DNA of 60,025 nt from Tissierellia bacterium (GTDB lineage Bacteria > Bacillota > Clostridia > Tissierellales > Tepidimicrobiaceae): contig JAAYRD010000168.1 of NCBI GenBank assembly GCA_012518955.1, positions 1 through 60,025 of the forward strand, given 5' to 3'. The notes under the pieces are model-generated. The model saw only the letters and a program-made list of their open reading frames with translations, was not told the DNA's origin and searched no databases. A program made the position numbers and the translations under genes. This document shows, one piece after another, positions 7,797-17,680 of this stretch (its first letter is position 1; each line of letters begins with the position of its first letter).

Positions 7797-9239
7797 TTAT
7801 TTATAGCTATTTATAATCTCATCTATCTTTAACTTATCTATATTACCAAAGCATATGGGACATACTTCTATTTTAGTTAACATGAGCCTATATTGCTTTA
7901 GCAGTTTATTCATTTGTATATTAATGCCTTCCAGAGTAGTTTTTGTTTCCAGCTTATTATTCTTTATATAATAATAATTTTTTTTGCAATCCATCAATCT
8001 TTCCAAAAGGTTTGTTTTCATCTCTAATGATTCTTTTATTGCTAAAATAGAATCTGTTTTAGATAATTCACCTACATAAATTGTACCAATAGAAAGACTT
8101 TTCTTTATTTGCTCTAATTTATTTTTCAAATTTGAAAGTTTTGAAAGTTTTAAAAGATTATTTTCTATTAATTTGGTTTTTTTATCTATATCATAAATTT
8201 CCTTTAAGTTTACCAATATTTTTTTATGGCTATTAATTTTATTTATAGTATATTTATACCTTATGTTTAACTTATTTAATCTATTTAGTTTATTATATAA
8301 ATCAGTTATATCTTTAACAATCCTATCGGCTTCATTAAGATCTTGGAGATAAAATAAAAGTTTCTTATTATTTCCTATTTGAGTTTTAACATTTTTTAAA
8401 ATAGTGTATCTATTATTAATATAATTAAATTTTTCAATTTTTTCTTTTAAACTCTTTTCAATTTTTATGATTTGATAGATATTATTTAAATCTTCCAAGT
8501 CCTTTTTTAGCAATGTCGAATCTTCTTCTATTTTCTTTAAAAGAGTTAGAGATTTTTCTAGTTTTTTAAGCCTTACTTCATTATTGTAAATAATCTGCTT
8601 TATTTCTTTAAGCCTATTGAAGTCTTCTATCAATTTATCTAAATAATCATACTCGCTCAAATCTTTTTCTAGTTTCTCTAACGTATCTTCATGATTTTTT
8701 TTCCTTATATTTAAATTTCTAATATCTTTTAGTGTATCCTTTAAAGCATCATCAACTATGTGAACCCCAACTATTCTACCAATTGCGTTGGCTTTAGTTG
8801 AATTTTTTTCAGAAATTAAAAAAGGTCCCTCTAATTGTTCACTAATATTAATTGAATTAGACTGATTGCTATCTAGTTCTACTTTTCTTATAGAGGTTAT
8901 ATCTTTAATCTCTTGGGGAACTGAGGTGCCAAATCCTTCAAAAATCATTTCGTCCCCTGATGCATTATACAGATAATATGTGTTCTTACTTTTACTTCTA
9001 AACCTTTTTACCTTTACATTATCGTTAAATATAACGGTAACACTACATTCGCTTTCCCCTTCTCTAATAAAAAAGTCTCCAGCAGGCTCATTGAATAAAA
9101 CCCATTTTAATGCTCTTATAATTGCAGACTTGCCCTGATCAGAAGGACCTACAATAACGTTTAAATATGGATCAAGTTCTATTTCTGAATATTTATGAGA
9201 CTGAAAGTTTTCTAAAATTAACTTTTTAATATACTTCAT
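7797..9239 (-). CDS. Rad50/SbcC/SMC-like ATPase, N-terminal head half (Walker A), long coiled coil and CxxC zinc-hook-like motif
   Basis: IKKLILENFQSH...VIVGPSDQGKSAIIRALKWV (Walker A), about 290 aa of K/E/L/N/I coiled-coil sequence, then EVCPICFGN 21 aa from the C-terminus. Start could be ATG 9239 (1 nt after the upstream stop) or ATG 9251. Confidence 0.75.
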   Translation of the reverse strand: MKYIKKLILENFQSHKYSEIELDPYLNVIVGPSDQGKSAIIRALKWVLFNEPAGDFFIREGESECSVTVIFNDNVKVKRFRSKSKNTYYLYNASGDEMIFEGFGTSVPQEIKDITSIRKVELDSNQSNSINISEQLEGPFLISEKNSTKANAIGRIVGVHIVDDALKDTLKDIRNLNIRKKNHEDTLEKLEKDLSEYDYLDKLIEDFNRLKEIKQIIYNNEVRLKKLEKSLTLLKKIEEDSTLLKKDLEDLNNIYQIIKIEKSLKEKIEKFNYINNRYTILKNVKTQIGNNKKLLFYLQDLNEADRIVKDITDLYNKLNRLNKLNIRYKYTINKINSHKKILVNLKEIYDIDKKTKLIENNLLKLSKLSNLKNKLEQIKKSLSIGTIYVGELSKTDSILAIKESLEMKTNLLERLMDCKKNYYYIKNNKLETKTTLEGINIQMNKLLKQYRLMLTKIEVCPICFGNIDKLKIDEIINSYK

Positions 9240-9240
9240 A

Positions 9241-10227
9241 TTATAATCCATCTCCTAAATCTTTCATTTGGGATAGAGCTATTCTTCTAAGAGCCTCTTC
9301 TTTTACTTCATTCGATATTCCTTCCACACTAGAGATTTCCATTAGAATTTCATTTATTTCTAACTTTTCAAAATTAATAGCTTCATCAACAGATTGCTTA
9401 AACTCTAGTAATCTTTCGCTTTTAAATACATGATTTTCAATTTCCTGTCTATCTAATACGTCCTCACCCCTAGATGCAACTTGTAAATTCATAAGTCTAA
9501 TATTAATAGTTTCATCCAAATCTATCAAGGCCACTTGTGGTATTCTATTTATTTCTGATAAACTATTAGTGACACGTATAAGACTTCCTGGGTTTATAAA
9601 GTACTTTTCATCAATATTTATTATCCCAAAACCAGAATGATAATGTCCCGATAAGGTAATATTGGCCTTGGTAGATTTAATATCATCTATTAAAGTATAG
9701 GGTATATCTTCTATAAAAGGTTTGTTTAACAACATACCATGAACCATATGGATTGCATAGTTTACGTCTTTAGAAACATATTTTACAATGTAATTATCCC
9801 TATTGTTCTCATCATCTATATTATATGTATAAGGATAGCCTGTTAGTTGTACTTTTATATCATCTTTTTGTAAGAAAATAGTATCATCTCTATTGATTAT
9901 ATTTATTATATTTAAAGAATCTAATAACCCTAGCATAGTTCTATTTATTGTATCAGGATTATGTCCATATATATCATGGTTTCCACATACAATATAAACA
10001 GGTACCTTTATATCGTTTAATATTGAAGCAAAGCTACTTACAATGGAAACAGATATATCTGGTCTATCAAATAAATCTCCCCCATGAAGTACAAAATCAA
10101 CATTATGATCTTTTACAATTTTCACTATTTCTTTAAATTTATTCATCAATGTTATAGGTAAGTTATCCGTTCTATTTTTAGGAGTTGTACCCCTTATATG
10201 TGTATCAGTTAAAAAAAGTATTCTCAA
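9241..10227 (-). CDS. Mre11/SbcD-like calcineurin-fold metallophosphoesterase (DNA repair exonuclease family)
   Basis: Ordered motifs LTDTHIRG, HGGDLFD, CGNHD, MVHG and SGHYH. TTG start with GGAGTG RBS. C-terminal helical tail. Confidence 0.8.
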   Translation of the reverse strand: MRILFLTDTHIRGTTPKNRTDNLPITLMNKFKEIVKIVKDHNVDFVLHGGDLFDRPDISVSIVSSFASILNDIKVPVYIVCGNHDIYGHNPDTINRTMLGLLDSLNIINIINRDDTIFLQKDDIKVQLTGYPYTYNIDDENNRDNYIVKYVSKDVNYAIHMVHGMLLNKPFIEDIPYTLIDDIKSTKANITLSGHYHSGFGIINIDEKYFINPGSLIRVTNSLSEINRIPQVALIDLDETINIRLMNLQVASRGEDVLDRQEIENHVFKSERLLEFKQSVDEAINFEKLEINEILMEISSVEGISNEVKEEALRRIALSQMKDLGDGL

Positions 10228-10248
10228 TTAATTACACTCCTTATAAAC

Positions 10249-10270
10249 AAACCTCCCACATAGGAGGTTT
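10249..10270 (-). terminator. hairpin (terminator or attenuator) overlapping the recA stop codon
   Basis: AAACCTCC-6 nt-GGAGGTTT. The minus-strand RNA continues GUUUAUAAGGAGUG, running straight into the RBS of the next gene. Confidence 0.6.
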
Positions 10271-11321
10271 ATTTGGTTTTCTTTTCTATATTCTCTTCTT
10301 TATCTTTAATAGAGCTATTTTTTATAGGAGCCAAATTGTATTTTTCTCTTATTTTCGTCTCTATTTCTGCCATTATATCAGGATTGTCTCTTAAAAAATC
10401 CTTAGCATTTTCCCTTCCTTGTCCAAGTCTATGTTCTCCATAGCTATACCAAGAACCTGCTTTATTGATAATATCTGCATTTGCACCGGTATCTAGTATA
10501 TTGCCTTCTTTTGATATCCCAAGACCATACATAATGTCAAATTCGGCAACTTTAAATGGTGGAGCTACTTTGTTTTTTACAACTCTAACCCTTGTCCTGT
10601 TACCTATCATATTATCGCCTTGTTTAATTGTTTCAATTCTTCTTACATCTAATCGTACACTTGAATAGAATTTCAATGCTCTACCACCTGTGGTAGTTTC
10701 AGGATTTCCAAACATTATTCCAACTTTTTCCCTTAATTGATTAATAAAGATTACAGTTGCATTGGATTTGTTTATTGCACCAGCTAATTTTCTAAGTGCT
10801 TGGGACATCAATCTCGCTTGTAATCCAACATGACTATCTCCCATTTCACCTTCTATTTCTGCTTTTGGTACCAGTGCAGCAACTGAGTCTACAACCACAA
10901 TATCAATAGCCCCACTTCTTACCAATGCTTCCGCAATTTCTAGTGCTTCTTCTCCAGTATCTGGTTGAGATATAATTAGATTCTCCGTATCTACTCCTAG
11001 TTTCTTTGCATATCCGGGATCTAGAGCATGTTCTGCATCAATAAAAGCTGCAATTCCATCACATTTTTGAGCTTCTGCAATTACGTGGAGTGCTACCGTG
11101 GTTTTACCCGATGATTCCGGCCCATATACTTCTATTATCCTTCCTCTTGGAAGTCCTCCTATACCTAATGCTATGTCTAAATCTAGGGAACCAGTTGGTA
11201 TAACCCCAATTTCTTCAATTTTTGTATCGCCTAGCCGCATTATAGAGCCTTTTCCAAATTGTTTTTCGATTTGGCCTATAGCTACTTCTAATACTTTTTT
11301 CTTTTCTTTCATATCCGCCAT
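10269..11321 (-). CDS. recA: recombinase RecA
   Basis: GPESSGKTT Walker A and classic RecA sequence throughout. ATG 11321 is preferred over the track's GTG 11327. Confidence 0.97.
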   Translation of the reverse strand: MADMKEKKKVLEVAIGQIEKQFGKGSIMRLGDTKIEEIGVIPTGSLDLDIALGIGGLPRGRIIEVYGPESSGKTTVALHVIAEAQKCDGIAAFIDAEHALDPGYAKKLGVDTENLIISQPDTGEEALEIAEALVRSGAIDIVVVDSVAALVPKAEIEGEMGDSHVGLQARLMSQALRKLAGAINKSNATVIFINQLREKVGIMFGNPETTTGGRALKFYSSVRLDVRRIETIKQGDNMIGNRTRVRVVKNKVAPPFKVAEFDIMYGLGISKEGNILDTGANADIINKAGSWYSYGEHRLGQGRENAKDFLRDNPDIMAEIETKIREKYNLAPIKNSSIKDKEENIEKKTK

Positions 11322-11361
11322 TTTCACCCAGTTTAACTGGATACACCACCTTTCAAGTATT

Positions 11362-11375
11362 AGAACATAAGTTCT
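11362..11375 (-). promoter_or_regulatory. LexA (Cheo/SOS) box upstream of recA
   Basis: AGAACATAAGTTCT, a perfect GAAC-N4-GTTC palindrome a few nt downstream of the -10. Confidence 0.75.
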
Positions 11376-11381
11376 AATATA

Positions 11382-11410
11382 ATTGTATTATAATTTAAGA
11401 TATTAGTCAA
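11382..11410 (-). promoter_or_regulatory. recA promoter (TTGACT-17 nt-TACAAT)
   Basis: Minus strand: TTGACT 11410-11405, 17-nt spacer, TACAAT 11387-11382. Confidence 0.6.
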
Positions 11411-11429
11411 ACATTAAATATAATAAATA

Positions 11430-12650
11430 TTATAAGGCCTTTCTTAACTCATTAAAGGCTATCAAAGCAGCCTTATTTTGTATAGAGTCTCTATCTCCAC
11501 TTAGAGTGGTCTTTACAACATAGGAATTATCTTTAGTGGCTATTCCAATATATACAAGGCCTATGGGGTTTTCCCGAGTTTTTCCAGTTGGCCCTGCAAT
11601 ACCTGTAGTAGACAAGGTTATATCGACACCTGTTTTTTTGAGAAGACCTTTGGCCATTTCTAGTGCTATTTCCTCACTAACAGCACCATATTTAGATAAA
11701 ATATCTTCATCTATATTTAATTCTTCTATCTTTGATCTATTACTATAGCTTACAATACACCTATCAAAAACTTTAGAAGCTCCAGGTATTCTAGTAAACA
11801 TGCTAGCGATCAAGCCACCTGTACATGATTCACAAAAAGCAATTTTTTTATTTTGTTCTAACAGTTTTTTATATACAACCTCTTCAATACTTTCGTTATC
11901 ATAGCTATATATATACTTAGAGGCTTTATTGTCTATTGCTTTAATGATTTTATCTAGATTGCTCTCTATAACTTCTATATCATTTCCTTTCGCCATTATT
12001 TTTATATCTACCTTTCCCTCTTGAGCATAAGTAGCTATTGTAAAATCTTTTTCTTCTTCTATAATATCTTTTAACATCATTTCTAAAGAAGATTCACCAA
12101 TTCCTATTGTGTTTATTGTTTTTATCTTAATAATAGAATTTTGTTTTATTAAAGGAACAACCTGATCATTAAACATAGATATCATCTCTTTAGGTGGACC
12201 AGGTAGCAATATTATAACTTTGTTGTCTTTTTCAATATATATTCCAGGGGCAGTGCCAATTTTATTTATTAAAAATTTACTACCTTCAGGCAAATAGGCT
12301 TGTTTAATATTATTTGAAGGCATTGATCTATTCATTTTATTAAAATATTCCTTAATATTGGCTTCTAGGAATGAATTCAATACCAAATTTAACCCTAGGA
12401 TTTCACTAACAGCCTCTTTAGTCATATCATCCTCTGTAGGACCTAACCCTCCAGTGAAGATCAATAAATCAACTCTTTCTAATCCAATATTCACTACATC
12501 CTTTAATAATTCTGGATCATCTGTTACTGAGGTATGAAATAAAACATCTATGCCAATTTCTGATAGCCTTTGTGTTATATATTGGACATTCGTATTTAAT
12601 GTACTTCCTATGATGATTTCTGTTCCCACAGAAATAATCTCTGCTTTCAT
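11430..12650 (-). CDS. cinA: competence/damage-inducible protein CinA (MoCF-binding plus nicotinamide-nucleotide amidase domains)
   Basis: 406 aa, MKAEIISVGTE...FTGGLGPTEDD N-terminal domain and PncC-like C-terminal domain. Conserved position upstream of recA. Confidence 0.92.
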   Translation of the reverse strand: MKAEIISVGTEIIIGSTLNTNVQYITQRLSEIGIDVLFHTSVTDDPELLKDVVNIGLERVDLLIFTGGLGPTEDDMTKEAVSEILGLNLVLNSFLEANIKEYFNKMNRSMPSNNIKQAYLPEGSKFLINKIGTAPGIYIEKDNKVIILLPGPPKEMISMFNDQVVPLIKQNSIIKIKTINTIGIGESSLEMMLKDIIEEEKDFTIATYAQEGKVDIKIMAKGNDIEVIESNLDKIIKAIDNKASKYIYSYDNESIEEVVYKKLLEQNKKIAFCESCTGGLIASMFTRIPGASKVFDRCIVSYSNRSKIEELNIDEDILSKYGAVSEEIALEMAKGLLKKTGVDITLSTTGIAGPTGKTRENPIGLVYIGIATKDNSYVVKTTLSGDRDSIQNKAALIAFNELRKAL

Positions 12651-12665
12651 TATTATCCTCTCCTA

Positions 12666-13211
12666 TTATTTATCACCAGTTTGCAAAACAGTCTTGTTCT
12701 TATATATATAATCTATCCCCGACACTATTGTAAATACTAATGAAATATATAGCATAATAATATCAAAAGGAAAACCTACTAACTTAAACGGATAATTATT
12801 TAATAGTAAAGCTATTATAGAAACAAGCTGTGTAATAGTTTTAATTTTTCCCAAAGGACTTGCTGCTATAGTTATGTTCTCTGATGCAGCTATAATTCTA
12901 AAACCGGTTATAGTAAACTCTCTTCCAATTATAACTACAACAATCCAAGCTGGAACCTTCCCTAATTCAACTAAGGAAATTAACGCTGTTGAAACTAATA
13001 GTTTGTCTGCTAGGGGATCAATAAATTTTCCAAAAGTAGTTATTTGATTTCTACTTCTTGCAATATACCCATCTAAACCATCAGTCGCAGAAGCAATAGC
13101 AAATATTAAAGCAGCTATATAAGAGCTATTATCTATATTAGAAAACAGTATTATCATAAAAATAGGAATTAATAAAACCCTTATCAAGGTTATTTTATTT
13201 GCTAAATTCAT
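12666..13211 (-). CDS. pgsA: CDP-diacylglycerol-glycerol-3-phosphate 3-phosphatidyltransferase
   Basis: DGLDGYIARS...G...DPLADK CDP-alcohol phosphatidyltransferase motif. Polytopic membrane protein. Confidence 0.92.
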   Translation of the reverse strand: MNLANKITLIRVLLIPIFMIILFSNIDNSSYIAALIFAIASATDGLDGYIARSRNQITTFGKFIDPLADKLLVSTALISLVELGKVPAWIVVVIIGREFTITGFRIIAASENITIAASPLGKIKTITQLVSIIALLLNNYPFKLVGFPFDIIMLYISLVFTIVSGIDYIYKNKTVLQTGDK

Positions 13212-14538
13212 CTATTATCTCTCCCATCAAATCGTATTCTAATGCATCGGTTATTTTTACGTTGACATACTCTCCATATTCAAGTTCATTATGTGTCTTT
13301 ATAAATACCAGACCATCGATATCAGGACTATCCATATATGTCCTCCCTGAGTAAAGATTTTTCTCAATCATATCTTCTACTAATACCTCATAAACCTTTC
13401 CAACTTTTTGATTATTTAATGAATATGATATACGTTGCTGTAATCCCATCAATCGATCTCTTCTATATTGTTTAATATGTTCATCTATATGATCTTTAAA
13501 ATCGTATGCAGGTGTACCCTCTTCTTTAGAATACGTAAATATCCCTAGACGATCAAATTTAACTTTTTCTATAAAATTATATAATTCGTTAAAATTTTCT
13601 TCTGTTTCACCAGGAAATCCTACTATAAAAGTTGTTCTTATTATAATATTAGGAATTTCATTTCTTAAAGTCGATATTAGTTTTATAATATCCTTTTTAG
13701 AAGTCCTTCTATTCATTCTTTGTAAAATTGAGTCACTTATATGTTGCAAAGGTATATCAACATACTTTAAAACCTTACTATTTTTTCTTATGGAATCAAT
13801 AAGCCTATCTGTAATATTGTCAGGATAGAGATAGAGCAATCTAATCCATTTTAAATTTTCAATTTTATTTAATTCATCTAATAGTTTATGAAGGCTATAA
13901 TCTCCATAAAGGTCAATACCATAGTCCGTAGTATTTTGACCAATCAATATGACTTCTTTCACCCCATTATTGGCAAGAAATTCTACTTCTTTGATTATAT
14001 CTTCTATCTTCCTACTCCTATGTTTACCCCTAAGGCTAGGTATAATACAATAGGTACAAAAATTGTTGCAACCTTCCGATATTTTCACATATTTACTAGG
14101 AGTAAAATCTAATCTATTAATTCCTTCTAAATAATTTTCATCTATATTTTTTGTCTTTTCAAGTTTTTTTCTACCTTTTTGCAATTCAGTAATCATAGAT
14201 ATAATCTCTTTTATATTGCCCGTACCTATAACACCATCTACTTCATCTATTTCTTCTAATAATTCCTTAGAATATCTCTCAGCCAAACAACCAGCTAGTA
14301 TTATAAATTTACATCTTCCTTCCTTTTTATATCTAGTAATTTCCCATATTGTTTCTATAGATTCTTCTTTGGCATCTTTTATAAAGCCACAAGTATTTAT
14401 AATAATAATATCAGCGTCCTCCAATGAATTTACAATTATAAAATTGTTTTTCTCCATAAGAGCCAGCATTAACTCTGAATCTATTTCATTTTTTGAACAA
14501 CCTAATGTTATCACAGAAACATTTTTTATATCCATCAT
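13195..14538 (-). CDS. rimO: ribosomal protein S12 methylthiotransferase RimO (radical SAM)
   Basis: MTTase N-domain (LGCSKN), CNNFCTYC radical-SAM cluster, C-terminal TRAM domain. Confidence 0.9.
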   Translation of the reverse strand: MMDIKNVSVITLGCSKNEIDSELMLALMEKNNFIIVNSLEDADIIIINTCGFIKDAKEESIETIWEITRYKKEGRCKFIILAGCLAERYSKELLEEIDEVDGVIGTGNIKEIISMITELQKGRKKLEKTKNIDENYLEGINRLDFTPSKYVKISEGCNNFCTYCIIPSLRGKHRSRKIEDIIKEVEFLANNGVKEVILIGQNTTDYGIDLYGDYSLHKLLDELNKIENLKWIRLLYLYPDNITDRLIDSIRKNSKVLKYVDIPLQHISDSILQRMNRRTSKKDIIKLISTLRNEIPNIIIRTTFIVGFPGETEENFNELYNFIEKVKFDRLGIFTYSKEEGTPAYDFKDHIDEHIKQYRRDRLMGLQQRISYSLNNQKVGKVYEVLVEDMIEKNLYSGRTYMDSPDIDGLVFIKTHNELEYGEYVNVKITDALEYDLMGEIIDEFSK

Positions 14539-16691
14539 GATCTCTCCTTAAATAAAGAACCTACTTCATCCTTGGTTATTAAAACCTTTCTTGGCTTGCT
14601 ACCTTCAAATCCACCTATGATATTCCTATCTTCCATAGAATCGATAATTCTTGCTGCTCTTGCGTAACCAATCTTTAACTTTCTTTGTAATAAAGATATA
14701 GATGCCTGTCCTTCCTGTAAAACCAAATCGACAGCGTCTGCAAATAATTCATCTGAGTCTTCCATAGCATTTTCCAGTTCCACTTTATTTTTTATACTTT
14801 CAACGATTTCTTCATCGTATTCTGCTATATTTTGTTTCTTTATATAATCTACAACCTTTTCTACTTCTTTGTCGCTAACAAAAGCACCTTGAATACGGAT
14901 AGGCTTTGGCAAATTTGAAGGATAGAAAAGCATATCTCCTCTTCCTAATAGTTTTTCAGCACCTGACATATCCAGTATAGTCCTTGAATCTACTTGGGAA
15001 GATACTGCAAAAGATATCCTGGAAGGAATATTAGCTTTTATAGTGCCTGTTATAACATCAACAGATGGTCTTTGGGTAGCTACTATTATATAGATTCCGG
15101 CTGCTCTAGCCATTTGTGCTAATCGGCAAATATAATCCTCTATTTCCTGTGCGGCTACCATCATTAAATCAGCCAATTCATCAATTATAATCACAATATT
15201 GGGTATTTTATCTTCCTTTGTATTTTGAAACTTCTTGTTATAAGATTTAATATCCCTTACACTATTTTTAGCGAATAACTTATATCGTTCTTCCATTTCT
15301 TTAACAGCCCAATTTAGAGCGGAGGCAGCCTCTTTCGGTTCAGTAACTACAGGAATTAATAAATGTGGTATACCATTATATATACTCAATTCGACAACTT
15401 TTGGATCAATAAGAATAAGCTTAACCTCATCAGATGAACTTTTAAATAAAATACTCATAATAATAGTATTGATACAAACACTCTTACCAGACCCAGTGGC
15501 TCCAGCGATCAATAGATGAGGCATATTATCTATTGAAGATACAATTGGTTTACCGGATATGTTCTTTCCTAATGCTAATGGTAATTTACTGTTTAAGGTT
15601 ATGTATTCATCCGATTGTAAAATCTCTTTTAAACTTACACTATCTTTAATCTTGTTAGGAACCTCTATGCCAACAGCCGCTTTACCAGGTATTGGCGCCT
15701 CAATCCTTATATCTGAAGTTGCTAAACTTAAGGCTAAGTCATCGGATAAATTTAAAATTCTACTTACCTTTACACCAGGAGCTGGTTGTAGTTCATAACA
15801 TGTAACCGTTGGTCCCTTATTAATTTCACTAATTCTAGCATCAACATCAAAATTTTTCATAGTATCTTCAATTCGTCTTGCATTGTCTAGTATGTTTTTC
15901 TTATTATCATTATCGCGAGCTATTCCATGGTCACTTAGCAAATCTAAAGTTGGTAATGTATAGTCATTCTTGATGCCTTCTTCATAGAACTTTTTTTTAT
16001 TTTTTATTATACTATTGTTCTCTATTGTTTCCTTGGTATAGTCACGAATTATTATATCTTTACTCTTCTTTTGTTTCTTGTGTCTATCTGATAACAAACT
16101 ATTATTCTTAGTTTTTTCAATATTATTATTCTTGATAGTCCTTCTATTTATGTTTTTTATCTTAATCTTTATATGCTTAAAAAAATCTTTTATTTTTATT
16201 TCTGTAAATAATAGTACAGAAATAAAAATAATGAATAAAAGTATTACATAGGAACCTATGGAACCAAATAATTTATAAAATAGATAACCAAAAATTGTTC
16301 CAATAAATCCTCCACCTAGTCCTTTTTGGCTTAAATCTATAGATTGTTTTATTTTCATAGTAAAAGTAGCTGAATTTTGATTTCCTATATCTAATAAAGT
16401 CAAAAAACAAAAAAATATAACTAATAAATAAATGGATTTTTTATACCCACCTATATTTAATTTATTTATTATAAATAATCCTCCTATAGCTATAATAATT
16501 AAGGGAAAGATATATCCTCCAAAGCCCATTAAGGTAAAGTAAATCTTTTTCAAAAAAGCTCCAACTATACCTGTTTTATTACTAAATAAACTAATAGCAG
16601 ATAATATTCCAAAAGAGATAATGATTATACCCAGTATTTCTTTATTATATTTTTTATCCTTAATATTATTGTTTCCTCTCAAAGGTATCAC
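14535..16691 (-). CDS. ftsK: DNA translocase FtsK/SpoIIIE
   Basis: N-terminal transmembrane helices, GATGSGKSV Walker A, C-terminal winged-helix gamma domain (SISLLQRKLKIGYARAARIID). Confidence 0.95.
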   Translation of the reverse strand: MIPLRGNNNIKDKKYNKEILGIIIISFGILSAISLFSNKTGIVGAFLKKIYFTLMGFGGYIFPLIIIAIGGLFIINKLNIGGYKKSIYLLVIFFCFLTLLDIGNQNSATFTMKIKQSIDLSQKGLGGGFIGTIFGYLFYKLFGSIGSYVILLFIIFISVLLFTEIKIKDFFKHIKIKIKNINRRTIKNNNIEKTKNNSLLSDRHKKQKKSKDIIIRDYTKETIENNSIIKNKKKFYEEGIKNDYTLPTLDLLSDHGIARDNDNKKNILDNARRIEDTMKNFDVDARISEINKGPTVTCYELQPAPGVKVSRILNLSDDLALSLATSDIRIEAPIPGKAAVGIEVPNKIKDSVSLKEILQSDEYITLNSKLPLALGKNISGKPIVSSIDNMPHLLIAGATGSGKSVCINTIIMSILFKSSSDEVKLILIDPKVVELSIYNGIPHLLIPVVTEPKEAASALNWAVKEMEERYKLFAKNSVRDIKSYNKKFQNTKEDKIPNIVIIIDELADLMMVAAQEIEDYICRLAQMARAAGIYIIVATQRPSVDVITGTIKANIPSRISFAVSSQVDSRTILDMSGAEKLLGRGDMLFYPSNLPKPIRIQGAFVSDKEVEKVVDYIKKQNIAEYDEEIVESIKNKVELENAMEDSDELFADAVDLVLQEGQASISLLQRKLKIGYARAARIIDSMEDRNIIGGFEGSKPRKVLITKDEVGSLFKERS

Positions 16692-16794
16692 CCTTTTATA
16701 AAAATTTTAAAAATAGTATTATCTTATATATCTATTATACCATTAAAAATAGACTTTTCTCTTGAGATAGAAAAATCTTTATAACATTATTAAA

Positions 16795-16818
16795 TGACTT
16801 GGACTAAAAGCCAAGTCA
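16795..16818 (-). terminator. intrinsic terminator after the tepA-like gene
   Basis: TGACTTGG-8 nt-CCAAGTCA, followed by UUUAAUAAU on the minus strand. Confidence 0.6.
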
Positions 16819-16875
16819 CCCCCTTTATCATATTTTATATACTCATGCTATTATAGCATAGTTTAAATTATTATC

Positions 16876-17562
16876 CTATTTATATTCTTCATTTATAAGG
16901 CTTTCTAATTTGTTTAATGCCTGACTAAACCCTCCAACTTCATCTATTAAACCATAATCAACAGCTTCTTTACCAATCAAAATTGTGCCAACATCATTAG
17001 CTAATTCATCTGTAGAATACATAAGGGTTCTTAAAATATTTTTATCTATTTTAGATGTCCGTAAGATAAATTTTATAATTCTCTCCTGCATTTTTTCAAA
17101 ATACCTAAAAGTTTGAGGTACCCCAATTACTAACCCCGTAGTCCTAATGGGGTGTACTGTCATAGTAGCAGTTGGAACAATAAAAGAATAATCTGAAGCA
17201 GTAGCTAATGGAACACCTATACTATGTCCTCCACCTAATACTAAAGATACTTTCGGCTTATCCGTAGAATTAATCATTTCAGCTAATGCTAACCCTGCTT
17301 CCACATCACCACCTATAGTGTTCAATATAATAAGAATTCCTTTTATCTTAGGATCTTGCATAGATGCTATTAACATTGGTATTATATGTTCATATTTAGT
17401 GGTTTTTTTATCCGATGAGGATAGTGTATGACCCTCTACTTCTCCGATAATGGTTAAAAATTGGATATTTGTATTAATTTCTGGCACCTTAGAAACTCCT
17501 ACTTCTTTTATGTTATCTATACTACTGGTATTTCTATTATCATCACCTGTATCATTGAACAT
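16876..17562 (-). CDS. ClpP-fold protein, TepA/YmfB-like (translocation-enhancing protein family)
   Basis: ILNTIGGDVEAGLALAEMI...GGGHSIGVPLA...MTVHP, a ClpP/crotonase-like fold. Same position as B. subtilis tepA, next to ftsK. Confidence 0.8.
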   Translation of the reverse strand: MFNDTGDDNRNTSSIDNIKEVGVSKVPEINTNIQFLTIIGEVEGHTLSSSDKKTTKYEHIIPMLIASMQDPKIKGILIILNTIGGDVEAGLALAEMINSTDKPKVSLVLGGGHSIGVPLATASDYSFIVPTATMTVHPIRTTGLVIGVPQTFRYFEKMQERIIKFILRTSKIDKNILRTLMYSTDELANDVGTILIGKEAVDYGLIDEVGGFSQALNKLESLINEEYK

Positions 17563-17652
17563 TCTATAACCTCCACCTTTTTTATATTTTTCTATGTTAT
17601 AGTTTTTACAAGTTTGATAATTATATGCTTTCTATTATCGGATAATTAATAA

Positions 17653-17674
17653 AGCCTGATATTAAAATCAGGCT
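17653..17674 (-). terminator. intrinsic terminator after the aspartate kinase gene
   Basis: AGCCTGAT-6 nt-ATCAGGCT, followed by UUAUUAAUU on the minus strand. Confidence 0.7.
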
Positions 17675-17680
17675 AAAAGA

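Noticed and set aside
17625-17650. A CCGATAA motif upstream of the tepA-like gene that resembles the sigma-D -10 element (GCCGATAT).
   Set aside because: There is no TAAA -35 element at the required 15-nt spacing, and the motif overlaps the tail of the dapG terminator.
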